Shown one piece after another: positions 44,589 through 55,184 of a DNA stretch of 64,000 bases (positions within the stretch are counted from its first letter, which is position 1; every line of letters begins with the position of its first letter). Both the position numbers and the translations under genes were made by a program. The notes beneath the pieces are model-generated. The model worked only from the letters and a program-made list of their open reading frames with translations. It had not been told where the DNA came from and ran no database searches. Location: the IMG/VR virus record IMGVR_UViG_3300035698_000655, positions 613-64,612 of that record; one strand, 5' to 3'. The stretch comes from a virus (Duplodnaviria > Caudoviricetes).

Positions 44589-45751
44589 TAAAACGTCTCC
44601 TCGAGGGCTTGTTCTATCTCTTCATCTACATTACTTGGATCAACTTTAGAATAGAGACTTAGAAAAGCTTCTTTGGTATCTTCATCGAAGCGATTGACAC
44701 AGAGTTCAATTGCTTTCTGCTTATCACCAAACACGGCATACGCATTTACAATATGCTCTAAGCGGCGAGTGGAGATAAGCTCGTCCACTGCACCTTCGAA
44801 GAAAGTCTTACGAATTACTTCGGACCAAGTGACTAGGTGTGCAGCGAAGTCTTCATCTACACAGCCTACTTTAGCCATTTTATTGAGAACAATCTTCTTC
44901 TCAACGGCTGCTTTAGGATACTCCTGCTCAACGGTGATGGCAAATCTCTCCAAGAAAGCCTCGTCAAGTAACTGGGCGCTAATAAACTTACCATCATCAG
45001 AGCCACGACCTTTTGTATTAGCCGTAGCGATAATTGTAAACCCGTTAGCAGGAGTAATGGTATCGCCAGTCTTTTTATTGAAGTAGGATTTACCTTCGCA
45101 GATAGCTTGGAGACACATCAGCTTATTCGATCCACGATCTACTTCATCTAAAATGAGAACTGCGCCCCGCTTCATAGCGGTGAGGACGGGCCCTTCTCGA
45201 TAGACTACGTTACCATCAACTAGAGTATTGCCACCGATTAAATCATCCTCGTCGGTTTCAATACTGATATTTACACGAATTGCTTCACGCTTTAGATTAG
45301 CGCAAACTTGTTCTACCATAGTAGTCTTGCCGTTGCCAGACAGGCCGCTGATAAAGACAGGGTAGAACATATTAGTAGTCAAAACCTTCTTGAGGTCTTG
45401 ATAGAATCCGAAAGGGACAAACGTATCGTCCTTTGACGGAATAAGATTTTGGATATCCATAGTTAATTTTGCCTGTGTGACAACCTTTGCTACAGGATCT
45501 GGCTCAACCGTTGCTACAGGACGCTTGAGTATTACGGGACGCATTTGTGTTACATTAGTACCAGAATACATTGATGTCAGATCAAGCATACCACGACCAA
45601 CTTTCAAGTCTTTGCGGTTAAGTATCCAAGAAGGATATGTCATGTTAAATCCATCAGATATTTCTAGGATTTGCTTGCGGCTGACTTCGCCTGTGCCATG
45701 ATTGGCTTTGATAGTTTCTAGCAGAAGCTCACGATTTTTAGAGTTTTTCAT
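44588..45751 (-). CDS. cobS: CobS/MoxR-like AAA+ ATPase
   Basis: GLSGNGKT, ILDEVD, ATANTKG, AFLERF, ISTRRL. Confidence 0.9.
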   Translation of the reverse strand: MKNSKNRELLLETIKANHGTGEVSRKQILEISDGFNMTYPSWILNRKDLKVGRGMLDLTSMYSGTNVTQMRPVILKRPVATVEPDPVAKVVTQAKLTMDIQNLIPSKDDTFVPFGFYQDLKKVLTTNMFYPVFISGLSGNGKTTMVEQVCANLKREAIRVNISIETDEDDLIGGNTLVDGNVVYREGPVLTAMKRGAVLILDEVDRGSNKLMCLQAICEGKSYFNKKTGDTITPANGFTIIATANTKGRGSDDGKFISAQLLDEAFLERFAITVEQEYPKAAVEKKIVLNKMAKVGCVDEDFAAHLVTWSEVIRKTFFEGAVDELISTRRLEHIVNAYAVFGDKQKAIELCVNRFDEDTKEAFLSLYSKVDPSNVDEEIEQALEETF

Positions 45752-45802
45752 AATATAGACCCTCACAGTCATAGTTAGTTTGTTTTCTCAGTTTACATAT
45801 AC

Positions 45803-45831
45803 ATTATAGCGCATTGGTAGGCACTTGTCAA
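45803..45831 (-). promoter_or_regulatory. sigma70-type early promoter
   Basis: TTGACA-N17-TATAAT. Confidence 0.85.
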
Positions 45832-45838
45832 GCATTAT

Positions 45839-48024
45839 TTACGCTACTAAGTCCATGAATTTGTTGATAAAAATACGTTGGGTACGCTTATTTCCAGCAA
45901 ATTTCTTGAATCCACGTAGTAAATCACCCTTTTTGTTCGATTTTACTGTCAATTCTTCCTCATCAATCTTGATCTTGGAGCTCCTCATGATAAACCGAGT
46001 ATCGAACCCCGCTTTATCTACCGCTACAATCATGCCAGTTCCTCTTGCACTCGCCCATGCGTCCCAAGCTTCTTGATAGTCAAAGCTAGGATTGTTTACC
46101 TTGTAGTAGTCCATGAAATCTGATTCTACTTCACGCTGTGTCCATCTGTTCACTAGGTGATAGTTCACCAAAGTAGAGCCAGTAATTTGCTTGTACAATT
46201 CTAACAAAGAGGTAGTCAGTACGGCGTGGCGGCTAATAGAACCACTACTGTCAAAACCAACACTGACTGATCCGTATTTGAAAACTACATTTTCGTTGAA
46301 GCCGGGACGTTCTATTCGATATTTATTGTTCCACTCAGAGATTTCATCTGAAACATAATCAATATAATCAGTAGCACCACCATCTGTTAGAATGATTGTA
46401 TTTAAGACTTCTACTTTATAGTCCTTGCGGAACTGTTTAGCAATCTCAATACCAACCATCAAGGCAGAGTTGAGAGGAGTAGTGCCTAGTCCATAATTTC
46501 TATTTTTTATTGCTAAAGATGAATTGTAATCCCATGTCTGTGAATATATCAATAGATGCTTGAATGCTTCTACAGTTTGCATTTTATTAAACTTGCTAGA
46601 AAACAAATGTGGCATTCTTAAATCAGCGATACGAGCATCACCAGGGACTAGGTTCAAGTCATCATTGTCTCGATTGTTGCTAGTAAATCCATACACATCA
46701 AAGGGGACATTGATTTTTTTGCAGAACATAACTAGAGTGAGCATCTGTTCGATAGTATTGGCGATCTGAGGACGCATTGAGCCTGACATGTCAAGGTACA
46801 TAATCATACCGTGATTCTTGCCTTTAGGTAAGATAGTAGACTGCTTGAATATATCTTCACTGATTTTATATGCCCAGAGACGATCCTCGTTTAGATCACC
46901 AGTTTTAGCGACACGAGCTTTTAGACTTTCACTTGCCTTACGCTTCATTTCGAACTGCTGTATCATGCTGTTCACGATGCTAGTATTCTTACGGCGAAAC
47001 TCTGTGTACAATACAGTAGCAGTCTGGTCTAGGCTCTCATTTTTGTAGTCATGAAAACTATCATCTAGACCAGAGTACATCTCGCTAGACGAAATTACAT
47101 ACTTTGTAGGATCAAACTTAGGAACATTGACATAGCAAGAGCTTCTTTTTTCAGAGTCTAATAGTTGATTTTCGTTGTCACGGAATGCTTCATCTGTGAT
47201 TGAACGAGGCTCGTTGTCTTCCTCGAAATCTGACATCTCTTCGTAGTCATCGTTAGGAGAAAATAGGTCGTCAAACTCATCCATCTCTTGGTCATCATAA
47301 TCACCATCAGCAGAATCTGATTCTGACATAGGAGAATCAGATTGATCATCGTCCTGATCGGCTTCTTCTTCTGAATCGTCTGAGTATGACATGTCGCTAC
47401 CTTGACCGTCTTCGCCTTCATCAGATTCATCGCGAACTGTTCTTCCTCACCAGCAGATTGCTGATTTTCTTTTTCTTCTTTGGCATTGCCATATAATTCT
47501 TCAGCGAGGGTAGCAATCTCGTCCCAAGTCTCTGCATTTTCTAGACGAGCCAATACTAGCTTCTCATCATCAGAAAATTTTACATTTAGGAAAGAGCCAA
47601 CCTTGTAGTGAAGATTGATACGGTCAATAAAAGACAAAGAAGTGATGTCCGTGCCTTCAGTACCGAAAAAGTTTTTGTTGAACAACTCACGATAGCCAGC
47701 GTAGAAAGATTTTACAAGACCTGGATATTCTTTCTTGATGAATCGCTCGATGCGAACATCTTCTAGGACATTGTAGAAGCCTTTCTTGGCTTGCGAGTCA
47801 CGGACTGCATCGTGCCAGCCTTCAGGAGGAGTGAACCGAGCATGACCAACTTCGTGACCTAGAAGAAGGTCGTACAGAGAGTCGGACATGTCTGTCCATT
47901 CTGGCAGCATAAGCTTACGATTTTGAACATCGAATGCTGCGGTAGGGATATTGTGATGCTCGACCGAGATGTTCTCGGTAGCAAGTAATTTTGCTAGTAT
48001 TGACTTAGACTCGATAACTTTCAT
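45839..48024 (-). CDS. CobT-like metallopeptidase/VWA protein, frameshifted near 47433
   Basis: N-part HEVGH, NVLEDVRIE; acidic linker; C-part DMSGSM (MIDAS), TPL, LTDG; halves join on adding 1 nt. Confidence 0.8.
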
Positions 48025-48061
48025 GCTTGGTCCTCACAACCTTTTCTCATTTTGTACAACT

Positions 48062-48122
48062 ATTATAACAAAAGGGTGTGAGGATGTCAAGCATTCATTT
48101 TATGAACTAAATCAATGACTTA
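48062..48122 (-). promoter_or_regulatory. sigma70 early promoter with upstream IHF-like box
   Basis: TTGACA-N17-TATAAT 48062-48090; AATCAATGACTTA 48110-48122. Confidence 0.8.
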
Positions 48123-48779
48123 TGCTTTAGTTCGCTTCTTCCTCACTACTTTAGCTGGTATTTCCTTGGTATTTTCTAGCTTTTCGGCAGCTGCCTGTAG
48201 CTTTGCAAGGATATCATTGCGCTTCTGAAGCCTTTCGGTCACCTCATCTGGTGATAACCAATAGTCTTTACCTTCTAGTATATTATCAATTTCGTCCTGT
48301 GAAAAGAAGTCTTTGTAAATACTGTCCATCAAGTTTCTAGCCCACTTGTCATTGTGGTGGACTTGTGCCATCATCTCATTACCTTTACCGATAGTACCAC
48401 CAGAGAAGTTGTGGAACATAAAGATACTGTGGTCTGAAATCTCACACACATCTGCCATTAGAAACAAGAATGTTGCTGCCGACATACAGGCACCTTCAAC
48501 TGAGGCTACAACGGTTGCTCGTGATTCTGAGATAGCTCTCATCAATTGTACTGCGGTAAGAGCTTGGCCGCCATAACAGTTAATGTGAAGATATACCACA
48601 TCTTGTTCAGTAGAAGATCGTAGAATTTGGTTCCACTCTGAATAGTCTTCTGGATTTCCAATTGCGCTATTCAAATAGAAATCTAATATTTGTCCTGTTG
48701 GACGATTAAATACACCCCTAACTACAGGCGAGACTTCGAAGTCTCTGTCCTTTGATACTCTAGCCATTATCAGCTCCAT
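48120..48779 (-). CDS. ClpP-like serine protease
   Basis: INCYGG, GACMSAAT, FMFHN, DYWLSPDE. Confidence 0.85.
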   Translation of the reverse strand: MELIMARVSKDRDFEVSPVVRGVFNRPTGQILDFYLNSAIGNPEDYSEWNQILRSSTEQDVVYLHINCYGGQALTAVQLMRAISESRATVVASVEGACMSAATFLFLMADVCEISDHSIFMFHNFSGGTIGKGNEMMAQVHHNDKWARNLMDSIYKDFFSQDEIDNILEGKDYWLSPDEVTERLQKRNDILAKLQAAAEKLENTKEIPAKVVRKKRTKA

Positions 48780-48807
48780 TATTTAAATTAATCGTTCAAA
48801 AACTTTA

Positions 48808-49176
48808 TTATATGTTATCGTAATATCTCGTAACAGCCTTGATTTTTTCAACTTGCTTATCAATGATAGCTGTTCTGTTCGGCCAGTGAATGTAATCTTT
48901 CTCTGGATTTTTTTGAAGGTTGAACAGTAGAGGTAAGATAAGATCCTCTACTTGCTTCAATTTAGTTACGACATCTTGCTGTACAAGTTGACGGTGTTCA
49001 TTAATCATTTCGGTATCATCAGCACTTATGATGAGAGACTCTAGTCTTTCCATCTTGTCCATCAGTGCTTGTAATTGCTCGTCATCTACCTGTGCTACTA
49101 CAGGCTGAGTGGGCTCAGTCGCAGTGGCAGGTATATCATCTACTGCTGTGAAACCAAAATCCCATTCGTCTGACAT
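48808..49176 (-). CDS. conserved hypothetical protein
   Basis: DFGFTAVD...PLLFNLQKNPEKDYIHWPNR. Confidence 0.8.
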   Translation of the reverse strand: MSDEWDFGFTAVDDIPATATEPTQPVVAQVDDEQLQALMDKMERLESLIISADDTEMINEHRQLVQQDVVTKLKQVEDLILPLLFNLQKNPEKDYIHWPNRTAIIDKQVEKIKAVTRYYDNI

Positions 49177-49700
49177 TACGCAGCTCTCCTTTTAAACCTT
49201 TTTACTTTTTTGTCTAGCTGTTTTAGCGCCCTTTCTATCTTGAGACTAGAAGCTCTCATTGTAAAGTTTTGTCCTACCATGTGATCAAATTCGTGTAGCA
49301 TAACACGAGCATACACACCACCAAATTCTTCTATAGTTTCTACTCCGTTCTCGTCATGGTATTTTATTGTACAACTATCGGGTCGTGTTAGATTTAACCA
49401 AAGACCAGGGTAGGATAAACATCCTTCTCGCATAGTCACACCAGTATTAGAAACTTTTAATAGTTCTGGATTAAAAATTGATTTCTCATCTAATCCTGAT
49501 CCGCCTACTACGAATACTTTCTTATTTATTCCTATTTGATTCGCCGACAAACCTACACCGCCAAACTTACGCATGCCTACAAATAATTTTTCACTCAATT
49601 CTTTTGCGTCTTCGGCATCGAAGTCAAAGCGATCAGGTTCTTGCTTGAGCATTGGGTGACCAAAGGGTAACAGTTCTATTGCTTTTTCTTCTTCCATCAT
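49176..49700 (-). CDS. def: peptide deformylase
   Basis: GVGLSANQIG, EGCLS, HEFDH. Confidence 0.95.
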   Translation of the reverse strand: MMEEEKAIELLPFGHPMLKQEPDRFDFDAEDAKELSEKLFVGMRKFGGVGLSANQIGINKKVFVVGGSGLDEKSIFNPELLKVSNTGVTMREGCLSYPGLWLNLTRPDSCTIKYHDENGVETIEEFGGVYARVMLHEFDHMVGQNFTMRASSLKIERALKQLDKKVKRFKRRAA

Positions 49701-49710
49701 ATAATCCTAT

Positions 49711-51381
49711 TTATGACATTACTGAATAGTTATTTTTCTTTTCAAATTTTATGATGCCTCTAAACTTATCAAACAATTGATCGCCTTTATGTGAAATAAC
49801 AAATACATTAGTTTCTGGGCCAATCGTGTTCAATAACTGCATCAGATAGTCTGTACCATTGACATCAAGAGAACTATCAAATACTTCATCGAGCAGCAGC
49901 AAGTTTGTGCTGGCACTGTTCTTCATCTTAGCAATAGTACGCCAAGTAAATACGAGTGCAAGGTCAATGCGCTGCTTCTCGCCTTCACTGAACGAAGCAT
50001 AACTAAACTTGTCTCGGTGTCGTGACTTGATTGTTTCTTTAAACGTCTCGTCTAAATCAAACTGTACAAAAAAGTCCATTGACTTTAGGTACTTGTTTAC
50101 TAATTTATTTATGACAGGTAAATACTGACGAATAATTTTAGTCTTGATACCAGAATCTTTTAATAGAGATTCTGCAATAGAATTATACTCTTGTTCCGTC
50201 TTGTATTCTGTTCTAATTTCTGTCTTTGATATCAAATCTTTAGCAACAGTTTTTAGTTTGTCGGTTTCTTTTTCAATGTCACCAACTTTGTTTTCTGTTT
50301 CTGTTTTTTCAATATTCATTCTTTGTAACAAAGTTTGTGATGACATAATACTATTGTTAGTATCAATTATCTTTTGTTGTATGCCTAGAAACTCTTCGTA
50401 TGCTTTGTCTAACTCATCCCATTCAGATGATAATGTAGTACTTGCTTTTTCTAGTTCAGAAATTTTAGTTTTCTTTTCTGTTGCGATAGATTCTTTGAAC
50501 TCATGTGGTATGCCTTGCTTGCAAGTAGGACAATCATCATGGTTTTCATAGAAAGTTAATTCTTTCTTTTGCTCTCGTATCTTACGATTAAATTCCGTCT
50601 TAAATCCATCAAGACGTTTGCGCTTGTCTTCTATTTTACCAAAAGACTCTTTAACCTGGGTGTCTAGGTTGACTTGTGATTGTAGAGATGCGATAGTAAT
50701 TTCTATGTCAGAAATTTCTTTGAGGACTTTGTCTACCTTTTCTTTCTTATCGCTCTCAAGTGTTTGAATATAATTTTTTTGTAAGGACGCTTTTTCTTTT
50801 GTGACAGAAATTTCGCTCTCTAGAAATCTCAACTTCTCTTTTAGGTCATTCACTTTTGTTTTCAGTACTTCTTTCATTGTAGTAAATATGCGAATGTCCA
50901 GAATGTCTTCGATGATTTCTCTACGAATGTTAGGAGTCAATTGCATGAAAGGTGTAAATGATGCGCTACCAAGAATAACAATCTGAGTAAAAGACTTGTA
51001 GTTCAACTTGAGAATATTTTCTTCTAGATGTTTTTGATAGTCACGCACACTCGCATTCTGATCTACCATTTCACCATCTATTACAATTTCAAAAATGCCA
51101 GGGTTACTGCCTCTACGAATAATATAGTCTTTCGTGCCTATAGTAAATTCAACTTCAACTATCATAGCTTTTCTGTTTATGCTATTGATTAATTGAGGTT
51201 TAGAAATGTTTCTAAATGGTTTATTGAATAGAGCAAACGTAATAGCATCAAGTAAAGTAGATTTACCAGAGCCATTGTCGCCTACTATTAGAGTGCTGTT
51301 GCTTCTGTCCAAATGAATTTCGGTAAAAGCATTGCCGGTTGAAAGAAAATTCTTCCAACGAACCTTTTTGAAAACTATCAT
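49711..51381 (-). CDS. gp46: recombination endonuclease subunit gp46 (Rad50-like)
   Basis: GDNGSGKS, CPTC hook, FSEGE, LLDEVFD. Confidence 0.96.
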   Translation of the reverse strand: MIVFKKVRWKNFLSTGNAFTEIHLDRSNSTLIVGDNGSGKSTLLDAITFALFNKPFRNISKPQLINSINRKAMIVEVEFTIGTKDYIIRRGSNPGIFEIVIDGEMVDQNASVRDYQKHLEENILKLNYKSFTQIVILGSASFTPFMQLTPNIRREIIEDILDIRIFTTMKEVLKTKVNDLKEKLRFLESEISVTKEKASLQKNYIQTLESDKKEKVDKVLKEISDIEITIASLQSQVNLDTQVKESFGKIEDKRKRLDGFKTEFNRKIREQKKELTFYENHDDCPTCKQGIPHEFKESIATEKKTKISELEKASTTLSSEWDELDKAYEEFLGIQQKIIDTNNSIMSSQTLLQRMNIEKTETENKVGDIEKETDKLKTVAKDLISKTEIRTEYKTEQEYNSIAESLLKDSGIKTKIIRQYLPVINKLVNKYLKSMDFFVQFDLDETFKETIKSRHRDKFSYASFSEGEKQRIDLALVFTWRTIAKMKNSASTNLLLLDEVFDSSLDVNGTDYLMQLLNTIGPETNVFVISHKGDQLFDKFRGIIKFEKKNNYSVMS

Positions 51382-52439
51382 ACATGATCCTGTGCTTCAA
51401 CATACAGCGTTTGAAGTAATGATTTCAACTTTTCTTTATCAACACTTACTTCGATGCCGTCAACATAATCTTTTAACAGAGACATAGTATCTTCTAAGTC
51501 TACATCTTCACCAACTGCTTCATCTTCAAAGTCAGATAAGTCTTCGATGATTTTTAACTCAATCAAATTGCATTGATATAAGTTATCTATAAAGGCATCA
51601 AACTTGGCAAAGTCAGTCTTCTTTGATACAATTACTTTTACGCAACCGTCACGAACTGAGTCATAATCATAAACAAAATTGCCATGAAAAGATCCGGTAT
51701 CGGTGTCATCATAATAGATTTTGTGGAAAATTCTAACTGGGTTATTAACATATTCAAGTTCTTTTTTATGTGTGTCATAAATTGCAAAGCCTCGTGGGTC
51801 GTCATAGTCTGACCAGGTTATCTCGTAAGGATTACCCATGTATGTAATATTGCCTTTGGTATGCCTATGGTGAAAATGACCGCTAATAACCATAGGCAGA
51901 TGACTAAACATACTAGGATCCATCCCATGAGGATTAGGGGATCCACGATACATATCATAGCCAGAGAACTCAAAGTGTCCCAAGCAGATGTCAGCTTTTG
52001 ATTTAGAGATAATTTCAAATGATTCTTCATAGTTTTCACTGCATATCCAAGGCACAAATAGTACTGTGCTTTCGCCCATCTTAATTTCTGTGACTTTTTC
52101 ATACAGAGATATATTGTTGTACTCTCTGAGCAAAAGCCCTGGAGAATTTACATCGTTTGTATTTTTAAAGTAAGTATCATGATTACCAGGGATCATATGC
52201 AGGTCTATATTCATTTCCTGCAAACGATCAAAGAAGTATGCTTTACAACTCTGTAGTGTGTTGTAGTTGATATACTTTCTTCGATCAAATGTATCTCCTA
52301 AATCAAATACAGTTTTGATACCTTGACGCTCAAGCTCTGGAAAGAATGTTTCTTCATAGAACTTTTTAAAGTGTGCGTCAAATGCAATCGAATCACTTCT
52401 TGCGCCGAAGTGAAGGTCTGTTACCATTGCAAATTTCAA
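51378..52439 (-). CDS. gp47: recombination endonuclease subunit gp47 (Mre11-like)
   Basis: TDLHFG, LGDTFD, GNHD, SGHFH; probable TTG start. Confidence 0.95.
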   Translation of the reverse strand: MKFAMVTDLHFGARSDSIAFDAHFKKFYEETFFPELERQGIKTVFDLGDTFDRRKYINYNTLQSCKAYFFDRLQEMNIDLHMIPGNHDTYFKNTNDVNSPGLLLREYNNISLYEKVTEIKMGESTVLFVPWICSENYEESFEIISKSKADICLGHFEFSGYDMYRGSPNPHGMDPSMFSHLPMVISGHFHHRHTKGNITYMGNPYEITWSDYDDPRGFAIYDTHKKELEYVNNPVRIFHKIYYDDTDTGSFHGNFVYDYDSVRDGCVKVIVSKKTDFAKFDAFIDNLYQCNLIELKIIEDLSDFEDEAVGEDVDLEDTMSLLKDYVDGIEVSVDKEKLKSLLQTLYVEAQDHV

Positions 52440-52440
52440 A

Positions 52441-52974
52441 TTAAAACCACTCTGGGATTTGTCGTTTAGTCCACTTAGCAAAGTCTCGCTTGTAAATGCG
52501 ATAGTAATTGCGATACGCTTCTACTACATTAGATAGTTTAGCATCATCTGGCATTGCTTGTGGAAGTTCTGTAAGTACACCACTAGGTATATTTGATGGT
52601 GTATTACATAGTATACTTTCTAATTTGCTTTGTGTCAAGTGAGTTCTGCCGTAGCGGTGAGTATATTCCTGACACAAAGCGATCCACATGGTGTGCATAT
52701 ATTCATAGTTTGCTTTAGTAGCTCTTGTCCATACACCAGATGGATGATTAACGTGGGAAGCTTTGTATACGACATCTTCCATATGTCGATTCGATAAACA
52801 CCAACGCTTGATGCGTCTATTTTTTGCTGTTTTATCGACATATAATGCGCCATCTAACACACGATGTGATGTGGACATTAGTTGTGCATACTCTATTATC
52901 ATCTTAACGCAGTGACGATCACAGTGATATTCGGCAGCAACGACTGGATCTGTGTCTAAAGCAAAGATATTCAT
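52441..52974 (-). CDS. pyrimidine-dimer DNA glycosylase-like protein
   Basis: MNIFALD...HCVKMIIEYAQL, HVNHPS, EYTHRYG, QAMP, AYRNYY. Confidence 0.8.
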   Translation of the reverse strand: MNIFALDTDPVVAAEYHCDRHCVKMIIEYAQLMSTSHRVLDGALYVDKTAKNRRIKRWCLSNRHMEDVVYKASHVNHPSGVWTRATKANYEYMHTMWIALCQEYTHRYGRTHLTQSKLESILCNTPSNIPSGVLTELPQAMPDDAKLSNVVEAYRNYYRIYKRDFAKWTKRQIPEWF

Positions 52975-52977
52975 GTC

Positions 52978-53208
52978 TTACTCCATGATGTTCTTGAATG
53001 TAGTTTCGAATTCTTCGTTGATTGTAGTTTCTTCTGCAAAATTTTGCTTGTGGTAAACACGAGCCATCTTGCGAATCACTCGCTTGTCCAGAAACTGTTC
53101 TTCGTGCAGCTTGTTTACAATCTCTTTAATGAGGTCTCGTTCTGCGTCCATACGAGTCATTGAGTTTGACATTTCTTCAACTGCGCTTCTTACTTTTTGT
53201 GCATCCAT
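52978..53208 (-). CDS. DsbA-like dsDNA-binding protein
   Basis: EMSNSMTRMDAERDLIKE...RKMARVYHKQNF. Confidence 0.75.
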   Translation of the reverse strand: MDAQKVRSAVEEMSNSMTRMDAERDLIKEIVNKLHEEQFLDKRVIRKMARVYHKQNFAEETTINEEFETTFKNIME

Positions 53209-53218
53209 AATATAACTC

Positions 53219-53734
53219 CTAGAGTAAATCAAACAACAAATGTATTCTATCATCGGTCTTGCTTGCATTCAATGCAGTGTGTCTCTTTGTTGTGTCAGTA
53301 AGATACGCACTGCCATCTGCTGGCATATGAAAAACTTCATTATTAATAATCATTAAAGCATCAGTATTAGTTACAACTGGTATGTGAATTCTTTTGCTAA
53401 GATCAACATGAAGGCTCATGCATCTCTTTGGCTCCAGTCTCATAATTCTAGCTCTACCTATGCGATAAGTTTTTTGTAATTCTTCACACACATACTCGAT
53501 ATAAGTACCTGTCAGATCAGAATTTATTTCAGTGAAGTCATTATTACACACTCTTGGCATTAATTTTATTAATGATCCGCACCCTTCGTGCCATTTCTGA
53601 GTGTCATGTGCTTTTTTAGTATGTTTTATTCCAATTTGATTTGTTGTTGGACAAAACTTCACTGAATCAATTATATCATAACATTCTTTTTCGATCTTGT
53701 CAATATCAAAGATATAATCTAATGTGTCTATCAT
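53219..53734 (-). CDS. 2OG-Fe(II) Asp/Asn beta-hydroxylase-like protein
   Basis: RARIMRL...HVD..RIHIPV...HTALN...RIHL. Confidence 0.8.
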   Translation of the reverse strand: MIDTLDYIFDIDKIEKECYDIIDSVKFCPTTNQIGIKHTKKAHDTQKWHEGCGSLIKLMPRVCNNDFTEINSDLTGTYIEYVCEELQKTYRIGRARIMRLEPKRCMSLHVDLSKRIHIPVVTNTDALMIINNEVFHMPADGSAYLTDTTKRHTALNASKTDDRIHLLFDLL

Positions 53735-54261
53735 GATGACAACATGTCAATAATAAGTTTGGCTTCAGCTATTGAATCGTGAAGCGCATTGTGATTAATC
53801 CCAGTCTTTTCTAGCCGTCTGCCTAGAATGCTAGTCAGTGTTCGCATGTCGTAGATGTCCCAGAACTTCCATGGTATTTTTATCATCTCATCATTCAATG
53901 CAAAGTATGCAGATTCAAGTATTGTAATATCAAAACTAGATCCATTGCCCCAAATTGGTACTGAAGTATTGCCATAGAATTCTGTGAATTTTTGCATTGC
54001 TTCTTTTAGAGGAACAGGATCTTTTTGCCAAGATTCAATTGCTTCTTTCGGCTGTGATGCCCACCAAGCGACAGTCTCTTTGCTGATATGAAGTCCTATT
54101 TCTTTGCATGTTAACGGATCAACATTGATGAAGAACTCTTCCGTTATTCCATCTTGCAAGGTAAACGCAACTGCACCAATAGAAATAATACATGAGTTTG
54201 GTCTAGCACTCAATGTTTCAAGGTCAACTACTATCTGTCTATCAGTTGGTTTTATTTTCAT
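53731..54261 (-). CDS. 3'-5' exonuclease (DexA/exo VIII-like)
   Basis: VDLETL, WGNGSSFD, DMRT, HNALHD. Confidence 0.88.
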   Translation of the reverse strand: MKIKPTDRQIVVDLETLSARPNSCIISIGAVAFTLQDGITEEFFINVDPLTCKEIGLHISKETVAWWASQPKEAIESWQKDPVPLKEAMQKFTEFYGNTSVPIWGNGSSFDITILESAYFALNDEMIKIPWKFWDIYDMRTLTSILGRRLEKTGINHNALHDSIAEAKLIIDMLSS

Positions 54262-54439
54262 CTATAATTCCTGTGTTCCAATTTCTTGCAAATGCTTCTG
54301 CATAATGTATGCTCTTACCGGGAAACTCATTTGTTCCAACTTTTATGCCATCTTTATACATGTCTACGACATAAATTGTATCTGGACCTGATGATCCATT
54401 GCCGCTGAATGGAATACATCTAATCGTGCTGTGTCTCAT
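54242..54439 (-). CDS. hypothetical protein
   Basis: GKSIHYAEAFARNW; promoter TTGACA-N17-TATCAT at 54462-54490. Confidence 0.7.
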   Translation of the reverse strand: MRHSTIRCIPFSGNGSSGPDTIYVVDMYKDGIKVGTNEFPGKSIHYAEAFARNWNTGIIDENKTN

Positions 54440-54479
54440 ATAGTTTCTCCAGTGTTTAACTATGATACTACATTACATA

Positions 54480-55046
54480 CTAGTTGTCAAGTGGTAATTT
54501 TTGGGGTTCATCGAAGTATTTCGGGCGTCTTTTGGGCTTATCTTCAGTAGGAGACACCTTATTTAGCTGTTTTTTGTCTTTTGCGTTGCTATCTACCTGT
54601 TCTTGTACCCATTTTAAGTACTCATAGTTGCCTGAATCACCTTCAATTTCATCTAGCAACTGTTGCAGGTCAATGCTTTGTAGATAGTTAAGCTTTGTTT
54701 CAGTTTGTCTAGCCTCTTTCTTGATGCGCCTAATGAATGAGTAGTAGGTAATCTGAGTAAAGTAGGCGAAAGGATTATTAGATTTCTCTGGATTGAATCT
54801 GTCAGCATACCGCAAACAATTCTCAATACCATCAAGTACCATCTCATCACGAAATGTATAGTTGACAAAGTTTGCTTTGTATGCCAGATGATTTGAAATC
54901 TTAACGAAACACTCACCTAGATAGTGAGGGCATTGAGGAGTAGGTTCACCAGCAGCTACTGATTTATCCCACTGTTCTTTCCACACCTTCATCTCGGCGA
55001 AGAACTTTTTATTATCTACATAGTGTGCTGTTTTTTGCTTACTCAT
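54480..55046 (-). CDS. gp55: late-transcription sigma factor gp55
   Basis: HYVDNKKF, NFVNYTFRDEMV.DGIENC, NPFAYFTQI. Confidence 0.96.
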   Translation of the reverse strand: MSKQKTAHYVDNKKFFAEMKVWKEQWDKSVAAGEPTPQCPHYLGECFVKISNHLAYKANFVNYTFRDEMVLDGIENCLRYADRFNPEKSNNPFAYFTQITYYSFIRRIKKEARQTETKLNYLQSIDLQQLLDEIEGDSGNYEYLKWVQEQVDSNAKDKKQLNKVSPTEDKPKRRPKYFDEPQKLPLDN

Positions 55047-55078
55047 TTTTTATCTCCATCAAATTAAATCATAATACT

Positions 55079-55107
55079 ATAGTACTACAAAAACATAACA
55101 ATGTCAA
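55079..55107 (-). promoter_or_regulatory. sigma70-type promoter for gp55
   Basis: TTGACA-N17-TACTAT. Confidence 0.7.
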
Positions 55108-55129
55108 CTGAAAATAAATGAGAAAAGAC

Positions 55130-55158
55130 TTGACAGAGGCTCTTCACCTTGTTATAAT
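55130..55158 (+). promoter_or_regulatory. consensus sigma70 promoter pointing antisense into the uvsW operon
   Basis: TTGACA-N17-TATAAT with extended -10 TG and A-rich upstream. Confidence 0.75.
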
Positions 55159-55184
55159 TGTCTTGTTAGAAAGAAAGTAGTACT

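Noticed and set aside
47158-47430. C-terminal 90 aa of track ORF 47158..48024
   Set aside because: Out-of-frame reading of the acidic linker after the frameshift
44588-48024. Cobalamin biosynthesis function for the cobS/cobT-like genes
   Set aside because: No CobN or other cob genes here; in T4-like phages this pair is a generic MoxR AAA+/VWA module
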